Shown: positions 24,501 to 34,102, counted from the first letter of the stretch. The stretch: 64,000 nucleotides of DNA from Octopus vulgaris (GCA_951406725.2 OX597824.1:94736001-94800000), one strand, 5' to 3'. The notes: generated from the letters alone by a model not told the origin. Made by a program: numbers and translations.

Positions 24501-26241
24501 AAAAAAAAGAAAGAAAAAGAAAACTAGTGTATCTCAGACTACATTATCTGTTATTATTGGGAGTGGCTAAGCTTAATTATAATTAATCTATCGTATATTC
24601 ACAAGTCTTCGAAACTGATATCAACATAAAAGCAAGTTTCAGTAAGAAATTCCAATTAGTTATTTTCATAATAAAATATTGGTAACTTCGATCTTAGAGT
24701 AGTCCTGGCCATCAAAAGAACACATACACAGCTATATTCACTTTATCTTATTTTTATTTTCTATTCAGATTATAAATTTAGAGTCCGTAAATTTTCCAGT
24801 GAGTTGATTTGCGATGAGGAGCGCAAGAATCTGACGTTTCCTTGCACTTCTTTCGAAAGAATGTCCAGAGATATTGTTGCTTTGATCGGAAAATTAAGAA
24901 TCAAAACATTTCGTTGCGCATACATTCACAGATCCAAGTGAAAACTGTTTCGATGGCATTCTTTTGATATAACTCGACAAAATCAAAACATTTCACTTTA
25001 CGGGTATTTCCGTGGAAGCAAATGACAGTTCGATTCTGTTTTCTGCTTGGAAATTTGCGAATTTTTACATAGACACATGATACAGGTAAGAACAAATATG
25101 CAAGGCTTTTTTTTCTTCAAGTTTAAAAGGAGACATTGCTGGCATAATTTCGATATATCTATATTCCACAACCCACGGAAATACCCCAAGTGGAATGTTT
25201 TGATTTTTGTCGAGTCAAATCGAAGGAATGCCGTTTCGAGTGATGGATTTCTCATAAATGTATTGAGATACAGCAGACGAAATCAACGGACTTCAATGTT
25301 TATTACACACACATCACTGCTTGGTAGACGAGTGTTGTGTGTAGACATGAGATCTGAACTCTAAATCAACATCATAAGAGAAAAGAAAAACAAAAGACGA
25401 AGCATCTTGAACGGGATGAAGAAACAAAAACAAACACAGAAATACTCTGACAACTTTTTCAATACGGGTGGAGAAGTTTGGGAAAATGACATCGGATTAT
25501 TTAATAACAATTGCCATTTGTGTGGATACAAAATTATTTCCTAATAGAAAATAAATTCTGTTAAACGATAATTAAAGAAATTAGGTGTCATTAAAACGCA
25601 TCTTTGTTAAATAGATCCGGAGCAATGTTTAAATAATTCCTAAATTATCGAGTTCGACTTGTTTAGAACTAATAATGTTTCTTTATTAGCCACACAGGGC
25701 TGCACACAGACGGGACAGATTACAAAGTAGAGATTTTCTTTTTGGGGTGAAAAAAAAAGTGGGGTAGGTTTTTTCGATCAAAAGGGATCGTAAAAGGACA
25801 AAAAAGAAAAGGAAAAAAGGATCAATAGGGATCGTGTATCACAGAAATGTCATGATGTAAAGAGTAAAGGGGGAAGCAGATAAGGTTTATTCGTGGAAAG
25901 AAAAGCCTACGGAAAAGACCACGGTAACCTCGGTCAATAACGTTACCTGTTACATTTGTTTACAAGTAGGTAACCCTCTGTTTTAAATTTTTCCGGGTTC
26001 ATCGGATCATGCTCAGGGTGGCTTCGTCATTTATACATGCCATCCTTGCTACATTCACGCATCTTTTTTCTGATTAATACTAATTAAATATTAATTAAAT
26101 GTCCGTTTAATTACAAACAGTTACAAAGTTATGGACAGAATCTTGGTGAAGAATCGGAAGCATTTTTGCAAAAAGGATACATTTTTTGTGAATAAGGATA
26201 TCTCCTCGAGTTGTTGTAATAAATATTTCGGAAATATACAT
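2838..26241 (-). CDS. AP4M1: AP-4 complex subunit mu-1, whole spliced CDS (13 coding exons, 1341 nt, 446 aa)
   Basis: Exons join in frame with GT-AG boundaries: 26181-26241, 22863-22948, 21287-21393, 20017-20113, 19292-19405, 16766-16837, 12656-12721, 10064-10187, 8411-8517, 7344-7432, 6181-6285, 3623-3740, 2838-3032. The protein has a longin N-terminus (MYISEIFITTTRGDILIHKKYR) and a mu homology domain (KNEIFVDVIEK, SFHQCV, PPIGEF, SGIQIRYLRV, PYRWIRYIT). The linker VAPSSASSKPV and the C-terminus fit the mu4 paralogue best. Confidence 0.93.
3060..3528 (+). repeat. Tandem duplication of a 235-bp unit containing the 5' half of a family 1 SINE
   Basis: ggttggatttttattaagtcactgtatagg starts at 3061 and 3296; the units are nearly identical. 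Confidence 0.9.
3623..3740 (-). CDS. AP4M1: AP4M1 exon 12 (ISQQLIGPDQTIELKASNKQIVWNIKKFPGGSHLNANLR)
   Basis: ttccAG acceptor, GTAAGT donor, W.IKKFPGG motif. Confidence 0.93.
4920..5350 (-). mobile_element. Decayed Penelope-like retroelement end with eroded hammerhead motif
   Basis: Minus strand 4976-4929 reads gtct-CCAATGA-a-gggat...atccc-CCAAA-CAGCTG-TA-agac: stems I and II and a palindromic stem III are intact, the core is mutated. The extent beyond the motif is a guess. Confidence 0.45.
5766..6155 (+). mobile_element. SINE family 2, full copy followed by a partial copy
   Basis: B-box GAGTTCAAATTCC, central GCCTTTCATCCTTTCAGGGTC segment repeated. Confidence 0.8.
6181..6285 (-). CDS. AP4M1: AP4M1 exon 11 (SRDTCLSLQLLSHIPENTEAVNIVLRIPVPGTVSG)
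   Basis: tgtAG acceptor, GTGAGT donor, A.N....IPVP motif. Confidence 0.9.
6765..7135 (+). mobile_element. SINE family 1, full length
   Basis: Head, microsatellite and tail all present. Confidence 0.85.
7344..7432 (-). CDS. AP4M1: AP4M1 exon 10 (FSAMTYRLASDPPLKPPFRLQVQEKDFDSP)
   Basis: tttcAG acceptor, GTAAGT donor, F..M.YR...PF motif. Confidence 0.92.
7558..7792 (+). mobile_element. SINE family 2, full length, CpG-rich (probably young)
   Basis: GAGCTGGCAGAAACGTTAG ... GAGTTCAAATTCCG ... CCCCTTGTGGGCAATAAAG. Confidence 0.85.
8411..8517 (-). CDS. AP4M1: AP4M1 exon 9 (DFNSHVTMEQCSFHQCVRKEEFNTSRCLILNPPIGE)
   Basis: cctAG acceptor, GTAATC donor, FHxCV and PPxGE motifs. Confidence 0.94.
9405..9745 (+). 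mobile_element. SINE family 1
   Basis: High similarity to 6765-7135. Confidence 0.85.
10064..10187 (-). CDS. AP4M1: AP4M1 exon 8 (GLVSRMDVTGNINVKSFLSGNPVIKLAVNEDL...)
   Basis: tttcAG acceptor, GTAAAA donor, KSFLSG.P...NEDL motif. Confidence 0.94.
10737..10951. mobile_element. piggyBac-like MITE (TTAA-CCCTTT...AAAGGG-TTAA)
   Basis: Terminal inverted repeats and TTAA on both sides; inverted sister copy at 54146-54365. Confidence 0.75.
11040..11720 (+). mobile_element. Non-autonomous retroposon with internal 66-bp VNTR and GGAAGGGCATCC...GTTAAA(GAY)n tail
   Basis: Unit starts (gcgtggtc) at 11231, 11297, 11363, 11429, 11495; tail shared with 36905-37075, 35350-35520 and 60530-60680. Confidence 0.75.
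12656..12721 (-). CDS. AP4M1: AP4M1 exon 7 (ENRKNEIFVDVIEKMIVVITND)
   Basis: tgcAG acceptor, GTAAGC donor, KNExFxDVxE signature of mu adaptins. Confidence 0.94.
12994..13362 (+). mobile_element. Non-autonomous Helentron/HINE-like element
   Basis: Starts AACAAGAGCACTCAGAGAGC; has a (GACA/AACA)n tract; ends in the hairpin ACCTCTACCTT-cgct-AAGGTGGAGGT; sits in an (AAT)n tract. Confidence 0.6.
14297..14642 (-). mobile_element. Composite element copy A: tRNA-like head plus Penelope-type tail with hammerhead-like motif
   Basis: Perfect 13-bp flanking duplication TAAGACAACACTG (14284-14296, 14643-14655); A box TGGTGTAGTGG; B box GAGTTCGATTCC; CTGATGA...GAAA core at 14388-14357. Confidence 0.8.
14972..15335 (-). 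mobile_element. Non-autonomous Helitron-like element (sister copy at 60963-61460)
   Basis: Shared internal sequence; 3' hairpin CCGTCCATTGGAC(A/G)G followed by GCTCGT; (GTCT)n near the 5' end. Confidence 0.65.
16766..16837 (-). CDS. AP4M1: AP4M1 exon 6 (FGIETRVAPSSASSKPVVRTAVEQ)
   Basis: tttcAG acceptor, GTAAAT donor, mu4-type linker. Confidence 0.9.
18014..18947. mobile_element. hAT-type MITE carrying two nested insertions
   Basis: TIRs CAGTGGTTCTCAACC / GGTTGAGAACCCCTG; 8-bp flanks ATATATAT / ATATAAAT. Confidence 0.8.
18330..18782 (-). mobile_element. SINE family 1, nested in the piggyBac-like MITE at 18181-18856
   Basis: Full-length reverse copy interrupting the MITE. Confidence 0.85.
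19292..19405 (-). CDS. AP4M1: AP4M1 exon 5 (EFGYIQLATTDKIKPYIQSDPV...)
   Basis: ttAG acceptor, GTAAGA donor, FGYIQ motif of mu adaptins. Confidence 0.92.
20017..20113 (-). CDS. AP4M1: AP4M1 exon 4 (FFLICKDFCGVVSEDAIRANVLLIYEILNEIL)
   Basis: ctAG acceptor, GTAAGT donor, conserved KDxCG...N..LIYEIL motif. Confidence 0.94.
21287..21393 (-). CDS. AP4M1: AP4M1 exon 3 (KEDDVTFCHIKRNGLFIMAVTTCNMSPIFLVEFLTR)
   Basis: ttttAG acceptor, GTTAGA donor, longin-domain motif. Confidence 0.92.
22863..22948 (-). CDS. AP4M1: AP4M1 exon 2 (YRFDLDFDPKVIFLKKLRAVGNEHLLPHF)
   Basis: Acceptor TACTTAACacatctcAG, donor GTGAGT, frame continuous with exons 1 and 3. Confidence 0.85.
23357..23912 (+). mobile_element. 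Internally deleted mariner transposon in AP4M1 intron 1
   Basis: TA flanks; TIRs TTGGGTTGACCGGAAAGTTTGTGC / GCACAAACTCTCCGGACAACCCAA; N-terminus MEDKKVHFRHLMLW joined to the C-terminal LGWDMLPYPPYSPDIAP..SHLFRSLQN. Confidence 0.92.
24908..25283. repeat. Imperfect inverted repeat (foldback/MITE relic)
   Basis: 24949-25015 is approximately the reverse complement of 25173-25239; weaker matches extend outward. Confidence 0.7.
25680..26070 (-). mobile_element. 3' end of a non-LTR retrotransposon (L1/Tx1-like, tentative)
   Basis: T-rich 3' UTR ending CCCTGTGTGGCTAATAAA; similar ends near 35630, 36275 and 62780. Confidence 0.45.
26181..26241 (-). CDS. AP4M1: AP4M1 coding exon 1 (MYISEIFITTTRGDILIHKK)
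   Basis: ATG at 26241; ends in phase 1 at the U12-type donor GTATCCTTT. Confidence 0.9.
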
Positions 26242-27649
26242 TGTTAGGAAACGGTCAGAGAGAAATGAAAAGAGGAAACATTTACGAATTGGTTTTAATG
26301 TCTTGGAGACGTTTGGGGAAGAATGAAAGGCCTTTCCCGCTACACCGCCTGGCAAGAAGTAGCGACATCTGGTGGACAATTAAGGGTTGCTTCCCATTTC
26401 TCTACAGAAAAAAAAAATCTTCAGGCAACTTTAGACTTTTATCCATATGGAATTGGATAAAATGATTCAGTCGTTATCGTGTGCTGGTTAAACTAACTTC
26501 ACTATTATCCTTGAATTTGTGTAGTTGTGTTAAAATGAGAAAGTTTATGTCTGAGTAATTTGATGTGTTGAAGGAAATGAAAAATTAAAATGTATAGAAA
26601 TTTATGCTTTGATCTGTCCCTGGTTGACAAAAAAGCAACAAAATAGTTGTAGTATAACGACATGATAAATTTGTTCATATAACTATGTTGGTGCTGACCC
26701 CCCAAAAAATAATAATAGTTTTAATTACAAATATAATGAGGGAAAATATAATTAGTTAAGATAAATTCAGATCAGGAAAATAAGGGAGGCAACTCCGAGA
26801 TCTAAACATTGACTGAAAACATATTGGTGATGTGGAAGGTAGTTTGATGTTTAATCAAGTCCAGTGACTGAAGGAATAAAGATTTTTGACTGAAAACCCT
26901 CAATGATTTAACAACTTATTATAATCACACGTAAATTTCTGAAGAACGCCTTCTGCAAAAAGAATATTCACTAAAATGAACAACCACCCTTTAAATTTTT
27001 TTCCTTGAGGAAATTTTCTAAAGTCTTTATTATAAGTTGCCGAATAAATAACTAAGACAGCAAGCTGGCAGAATCGTTAACATGTTGGACAAAATGCTTA
27101 GCAACATTTCTTCTTCCTCTTTTTGTTCTAAGTTCAAATCCTGTCAAAGTCAACTTGGCCTTTCATCTCTTTAGGGTCAAGTACTGAGATTGATATAATC
27201 AACTTGTCCATTTCCCTGGCCTTGAACCCTGCAAACCTATACATTGAGAATGTTGTGATTTCAGTCAGAGTTACCTGTTTAGCCATGGAAAACAGGTAAC
27301 TGGCCTTGTAAGACCTAGGGCTAAAATAAATGTAAAATAAATAAATGCTTTTCACTCAAAATTTCTATACAGCCTGTCATAACTGGTATGATCAACCCAA
27401 GCCCAGTAACCCATTAAAAGCGCCCATGCTGGTGCAATGTAAAAAGCACCTGTGCTGGCACCACATAAAAAGCACCTGGGCTGGTGCCATAAAAATAGCA
27501 CCTGTGCCAGCATCACATAAACATATCACCTGTACTGGCATCACATAAAGAGCACCTGCTACACTCCTATAAAGGGGTTTGTAATTAGAAAGGGTTTCCT
27601 GGTATTTCCTTTTGTAGCGTACGCTCTAGTGAAATTCCTCTCTCTTTCT

Positions 27650-28034
27650 TTCTCTCTTTTACTTGTTTCAGTCATTTGACTGCAGCCATGCTGGAGCACC
27701 GCCTTTAGTCGAGCAAATTGACCCCGGGACTTATTCTTTGTAAGCCCAGTACTTATTCTATTGGTCTCTTTTTTGCCGAACCGCTAAGTGACGGGGACGT
27801 AAACACACCAGCATCGGTTGTCAAGCAATGCTAGGGGGACAAACACACACACATATATATATATACATATATACGACAGGCTTCTTTCAGTTTCCGTCTA
27901 CCAAATCCACTCACAAGGCATTGGTCGGCCCGGGGCTATAGCAGAAGACACTTGCCCAAGATGCCACGCAGTGGGACTGAACCCGGAACCATGTGCATGG
28001 TTAGCAAGCTACTTACCACACAGCCACTCCTGTG
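27650..28034 (-). mobile_element. SINE family 1, probably young
   Basis: Nearly identical to 35795-36198; CpGs retained. Confidence 0.85.
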
Positions 28035-28624
28035 AACACAGCAGATAACAGCTAGCCTTTGGATGTTATTTGGACCCTGTTGTGTCCACCACTCTGATTG
28101 GTTAGTATTGGCACAATTTGTCTCTTACTCTATCATGCCAATATGCAACCTAACCAATCGAAGACTCCAAATAAAATCACGTGAGACAGTCTATTCACAA
28201 CCCTAATTTTAGACTACTATTACTTATAAAAACTCAACTTCTCCACGTCTTGGGGCCTGTTGGTTCCAGACCTAAAAAGGTCTAGCAACTGACCACACAA
28301 CACAGCCAGTTCCAGCAACGACGCAAGACAACACCCGTCCAACAGCATTACAGTGACCCCCATCTTTGTCACCACCATCATGTCTCTCACTAACGTCGTC
28401 AACAACATCTCTACGTACACAGCACCAGCCACATTGCACAGATTCTAACATACCGCTGTTCATGAACTGCTTCACCATGGTTAACAGCAAACATATGACC
28501 CACACAGATGCATGTAATTATATCAATAAATCTTTCATAAGCCTTCTACTCGGTTGTGTCTCTGTCTCTTTTCCAACTGGTACTTTATATGTATTATTTC
28601 AGCCTTCTGATATGAGTCATTATT

Positions 28625-28945
28625 AGATGGTCACGCTAATGATAATGCAATTATTGTATACAGTGCACAGGTGCACCACAACTTGTCAGAAAGTGCATAT
28701 AAAGCATATGCAGTAATGTACAAATGTCTGGAAAGCGAACAATGTATGAGTCAGATACATGCTTGTGTGTGTATGGAGGGGAGAAAATCAGGTGTAGTGT
28801 TGGCGAATCTCAGAAAGCATAGAAGTTTTGAAGGATGCAGTGCTCCGACAACTAACAACTGATGCCGGCAGTTTGTTCCACGCTTCAGCAACTCTCAGCA
28901 TGAAAAAATGTTTCCGAAAGTCATGGGAGCTGTGCTGTTTTCTGC
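28625..28945 (-). mobile_element. CR1-clade LINE 3' fragment
   Basis: Minus strand encodes DFRKHFFMLRVAEAWNKLPASVVSCRSTASFK, the typical CR1 ORF2 C-terminus (FF..RV...WN.LP..VV). Confidence 0.8.
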
Positions 28946-29160
28946 TACATGCACCACAGACCACTATCTATAATGGTGACCACGACCATCTATAACTTTA
29001 ACAGTACTGGTCACCTGTCTGCTAGGTATGGCAGTCGTTCATCCTACCTCACAATATATAGAAAAATAAGTAACATTCAGCTGCTGGTTTTGTAACAAGC
29101 AAGGTAGCTATTTCTAAAATCTCTGCAAGAGATTTAAATAATAGCGATATAAAAAAAATG

Positions 29161-29299
29161 ATGTTTGTTGTCACTTCAACATGGCTGTTTCACACGGAAC
29201 TACATAACTACCATTTTTGTAACCCCAGGAGAATATCTGCTCCAGCTGGTAGCAACATAGTTCCGTACAGAACAGCCATGTTGAAGTGGCAGCAAACAT
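29161..29299. repeat. Short inverted repeat, about 42-bp arms and 55-nt spacer
   Basis: atgtttgttgtcacttcaacatggctgtt...cggaacta pairs with tagttccg...aacagccatgttgaagtggcagcaaacat. Confidence 0.8.
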
Positions 29300-29331
29300 T
29301 ACTTCTGGAAAATGTTTCAACCTCTATCACC

Positions 29332-29514
29332 TTATTTATATTATTTACATTCGACGGATATTTGTCCTCGTCTTGTTTGTTGTTAATGCCACGGACATAT
29401 GGTGTAGTGGTTAAGAGCGCGGGCTACTAACCCCAAGATTCCGAGTTCGATTCCAAGCAGTGACCTGAACAACAACAACAACAAGAATAATTACATCGAA
29501 AATTACCTTAGGAA
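29332..29514 (+). mobile_element. Composite tRNA-head/Penelope-tail element, copy C (3' truncated)
   Basis: Inverted tail piece 29332-29386, tRNA-like head 29393-29465, (AAC)n linker, start of tail. Confidence 0.75.
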
Positions 29515-30529
29515 CACAAACAATATATATATATATATACATACATACACGACAGGCTTCTGTCAGTTTCCATCTACCAAATCCACTCACAAGGCTTTGG
29601 TCGGTCCAAGGCTATAATAGAAGACACTTGCCCAAGGTGCCATGCAGTGGGACTGAACCCAGAACCATGTATATATATTGTTTGTGTATCTCTGTTTGTC
29701 CCCTCACCATCGCTTGATAATCGTTGCTGGTGTGTTTACGTCCCTGTAACTTAGCAGTTCGACAAAAGAGACCGATAGAATAAGTACTAGGCTTACAAAG
29801 AATAAGTCCTGGGGTCAATTTGCTCGACTAAAGGTGATGCTCCGGCATGGCCACAGTCAAATGACTGAAACAAGTAAAAGAGAGTATATATAGGGTGGTA
29901 GGGTAGAGAGAAAGAAATCAAGAGACTTTGTAGATTATTTTTCGTTGTTAAAGAATTCATAAAGAAAGACATTTGGTCTGGTTCTTCTCTGTGTACTCTG
30001 TGACCTTTCTAACTAACGAGATCACTGAACCGAATCTTGCAAGTTCTTTTTGCAATTTTCTCTTTTCAGGTATAAAGAATGAAGTTCTAAATATGGATTA
30101 CACAACACACACCCACCTACACACACATACATGTATGTATGTATGAATGTATGTATGTATGTATGTGTGTGTATGTGTGTATGTATGTATGTATGTATGT
30201 GTGTACGTATGTGTGTATGTATGTGTGTATGTATGTATGTGTATATGTATGTATGTATGAATGTATGTATGTGTGTGTGTATGTATGTAAGTATGTATAT
30301 CTTCATGATCATCATCATCATCATCATTGCTTTGACATGTACTTTGCTATGGCGGCATGAGTCAAACGGAATTTGTTGCAGAAAATTATCAATGGTTGTA
30401 TAGCCTTCCTGTCATTTGCTGTTACCTGTTTCCAAATAGTATATTTCTCCAGTGCCAGACCATTTTCTTTCTCACAGGAGATTGGAACCAAAGGACATCA
30501 CGTTTATCATATCAAGTGCATTTACAACA

Positions 30530-31040
30530 ATCACACAATGGGAAAACAAGAACACACACACACACACAAAGATGTATGTATATATGTATGTATGTGTGTG
30601 TGTATGTATATATATGTATGTGTGTATGCATGTTTGTATCACACAATGTGAAAACAGGAACACATACACACATACACAAAGATACATGTATGTATATATG
30701 TATGTATGCATGTATGTGTGTGTATGTATATATGTGTGTCTGTATGTTTGTATCACACAATGTGAAAACAAGAACACACACATACACAAAGATGTTTGTA
30801 TGCATGTGTGTGTATGTATGCATGTATATGTGTGTATGTATATATGTGTGTCTGTATATGTGTATGCATGTTTATGTCACACAATGTGAAAACAAGAACA
30901 CACACAAACACATACACAAAGATGTATGTCTGTATGTGTGTGTGTATGTATGCATGTATGTGTGTCTGTATGCATGTATGTTTATATGCGTGTATGCATG
31001 TTTGTATGTAAGTATATATATGTATATAAGTATATATATG
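30530..31040. repeat. Compound minisatellite of about 120-bp units (TCACACAATGTGAAAACAAGAAC plus CA/TG tracts), 4 units
   Basis: Anchor motif recurs near 30531, 30639, 30753 and 30877; explains the low-complexity ORFs here. Confidence 0.85.
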
Positions 31041-31331
31041 CCATGTCGTGTCAGGGCACTTGTGAGGTCCCTTATGGGTGCTACTGGTAAAATGGAATCC
31101 AGTACAACCTGTTGTATGGTCAGGTCGTCACTAACTGAACCAGCATCCTCACCAAGGGTTGCTAGAAACCCAGCAGGACTGAAAACAAAACCTATCAAAA
31201 GGATGGATGAACCTAGCGTAGGTTCAATGAGTGAACGTAACGGCAGACGAAATACCTATTTCTTTACTACCCACAAGGGGCTACACACAGAAGGGACAAA
31301 CAAGGACAGAAATGTTTATTGTTAATGTTAT

Positions 31332-31640
31332 GAAAGCACGTGGCTAAGTGGTTAGGGCATTCTGCTCACGATTGTAAGGCCTTGAGTTCAATTCCCTGCA
31401 GTGTGTTGTGCCATGGAGCAATTGCTCCAGCCCATCCAACAGGCAAAAATTAGTCTTACTTGTATTTCAAAGGGCCAGCCTTGTCATGTTCTGCGTAATG
31501 TTGAATCTCCCTGGGAACTATCTAGAAGTTACGCATGTCTGTGGAGTGCTCAGCCGCTTGCACATTAATTTCATGAGCAAGCTGTTCCATTGACCAAATC
31601 AACTGGAATCTTTGTCATCATAATCAACAGAGAGCCACAT
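31332..31640 (+). mobile_element. tRNA-derived SINE, local family 3 (sister copy at 38270-38600)
   Basis: Head GTGGCTAAGTGGTTAGGG...GAGTTCAATTCC; shared body TATTTCAAAGGGCCAGCCTTG. Confidence 0.7.
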
Positions 31641-32286
31641 TCAGTCGAAAGGGATCTTAGTCTTGCAAGCAACAAGGCAACCCCACTAGTGTTGGTGCCA
31701 TAAAACAAAACATCAAGTAGGCTTCATGAAGTGATTGACATTAGGAAAAGCATTCCAAAGCAGACCTTGGAGCATGGTGCAGTCTTCACATTTGTTGGTT
31801 CCTGTAAAACTCTTCTCCTCATGCCAGCATGGAAAATAGTTGTTAAAAGATAATGATGAGTAGGAGGAGGATGAAAAGGAGGAGGGGAGAAGGAAAGGGG
31901 GAAGGAGGGGGAGGCCAATGACAACAATGATGACTAGAATAATAGCTACAACGATGATGATGATAATGGTGATGATGACACTGCTGGAACTTTGGAATTG
32001 CTTTGTAGTTGATTCTTCCACATTCGTTGTTCGTTATGAACCTAACGACTTGCATGACTCGTAAAAGAATTACAATTATGAATTTTATGCTGCTGGAATT
32101 TTTTTTTCTTTTTCAAATTTTCATTTTGTATTTTTCTTCTGACTTTGAAAACAGAAAATATTGTAACATCACGAAATAAGTCCTGATAATCACTATTTTT
32201 GAGATGGAAAGGAGAAAGATTTCCACTAATAAGTTGCTTCACTTTTCTGTCTCAAATAAGTGACCACCACCACCACCACTACCACC

Positions 32287-32340
<54 letters not shown>

Positions 32341-32352
32341 TTATGATGTAAA

Positions 32353-32680
32353 TACAAGGGTAATCCCAAAAGTAAGGTCTCCAAAGCGCTGGGGACACAA
32401 GGAAACTGTGCATGTTGCTATTGGCAACACTGTTGTGCATACGCCTGCACCTGCCCCTGCGTGCACCTTGCTGTCGCTCTCAGTCCCGGCTTGGCAGTCG
32501 TCTCTGATGGAGCTCTCGCAGTTATTCACTTTTTGAACACAAAAGGCATTAAACTGATTGAAATTCATTGCCAATTAACAGAAGTGTATGGTGAGTCGTG
32601 AATAGTTGTCAGAAATGTCCACAAATGGTGTAGGGAGTTTGCAGTTGGTTGTACTGAAATTCATGATGATGAAAGAAGCG
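32353..32680 (+). mobile_element. Mariner transposon 5' fragment
   Basis: TA followed by TIR-like CAAGGGTAATCCCAAAAGTAAGGTC; encodes HTH-like VIHFLNTKGIKLIEIHCQLTEVYGE...KWCREF...IHDDERS. Confidence 0.75.
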
Positions 32681-32767
32681 ATGGAATTTGAACTCAGAAC
32701 GGAGTGATGGGCGAAACTCCACTAAGTACTTCTTGCAGCATGCTAACAATTCTGCCAGCTCACTGCC

Positions 32768-32835
<68 letters not shown>

Positions 32836-33065
32836 CCTTTCTACTGGAAGCACAAGGCCTCAAATTCGGGGTAAGAGATTAAATCGATTACATCAACCCC
32901 AGTATGTAACTGGTATTTATTTAATCGACCTCGAAAGGATGAAAGGCAAAGTTGACCCCAGCGGAATTTGAACTCAGAACCTAGTGACAGACGAAATACC
33001 GCTCAGCTTTTCATCCAGCATGCTAACAATTCTGCCAGCTCGCCGCCTTAATAATAATAATAATA

Positions 33066-33101
<36 letters not shown>

Positions 33102-33279
33102 GTAATAATAATAATGGTGGTGATGATGATGATGATGAGGAGGATGATTTCTTTTAAAGAACAAAAAATTGTCTAAAAGATAATTTGAATAAATGTTGTT
33201 TAAAAAAGATGCCTTTGAACAGGTGTATTTATAATTAACTGACATTGTTAACTTCACAGACTGATTTCAGTATATATAT

Positions 33280-33670
33280 AGTAGCAGTATCACCCGGCAT
33301 TGCTCGGGTTTGTTTCGACCCTTTTGAATTGGAATTTTTGAAAAGTAAAAATTTTGCATGCTGTAGCTTGTTATTCTCTTTAAGTGAACATTTTTCTGGT
33401 TGAAATACACCGAGAAATGGCGACACTGCAGTAAAAAATTGTAAAAATTAGGGATTTTATTAGAAAAAAAAGCACCTTTTTGATGTAAATAATTTTTGGT
33501 GTTAACATGGTCTGATTTGAATTTTTTCTTCTGCGGAAGGAAGAGCAAGCCTTCTTCTATCATACTCTCAATTTTGGTCAAAATGCGCCGCAGGGTCTCG
33601 GAGGAGATAGTGTTTGTTGAAGGCTACCAAACCTGCCATACACAGACAACTTCAGCTTTATATATAGAGA
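33280..33670 (-). mobile_element. Non-autonomous Helitron
   Basis: Minus strand begins TCTCTATATATAAAG and ends with the hairpin CCCGAGCAATGCCGGG then TGCTACT (variant of the CTAG end). Confidence 0.7.
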
Positions 33671-33926
33671 TATATATATATAAAAGAAAAAATAAGATTA
33701 AAAAATGTGTTTGTGTGTGTATATATATATATGTATGTATGTATGTGTACATGTTTGTGTATATGTATGTATAAATATGTGTGTATATATGTGTATGTAT
33801 ATATATATGTGTGTGTATGTGTATATATGTTTATATATGCATACATACACACACATGTATATGAATGTATGTATCTATCTATCTATATATATATGTGTGT
33901 ATGTGTATATATACATATATATACAT

Positions 33927-34066
33927 ACACACACACACTTGTATATATAGGTGCATATGTACGTATATATTTGTGTGTGTGTGTATATATACATATATAT
34001 GTATATATACACACACACACAAATATATACGTACATATGCACCTATATATACAAGTGTGTGTGTGT
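33927..34066. repeat. Perfect 140-bp spacerless palindrome
   Basis: Base-by-base complementarity checked over 70 pairs around the centre 33996/33997. Confidence 0.92.
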
Positions 34067-34102
34067 GTATGTATGCATATATGTATATACATATATATAT
34101 AC

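Larger units (their letters stand above)
22949..26180 (-). other. U12-type (minor spliceosome) GT-AG intron, AP4M1 intron 1
   Basis: Donor GTATCCTTTT (26180-26171) matches the U12 consensus RTATCCTTT. Branch-site-like TACTTAAC lies a few nt before the AG at 22950-22949, with no polypyrimidine tract. Confidence 0.88.

Noticed and set aside
26107-26379. 90-aa ORF as an extended AP4M1 N-terminus
   Set aside because: Homology to mu adaptins begins at the ATG at 26241 and ends at the donor at 26180; the rest is UTR or intron read-through.
29393-29465. Functional tRNA gene
   Set aside because: The acceptor and T stems do not pair convincingly, and the same sequence recurs as the head of a dispersed repeat.
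30357-31325. 322-aa ORF and overlapping C/V/Y/M- or H/T/I-rich ORFs
   Set aside because: They are translations of CA/TG/TA microsatellites and a compound minisatellite, open in several frames, with no domain.
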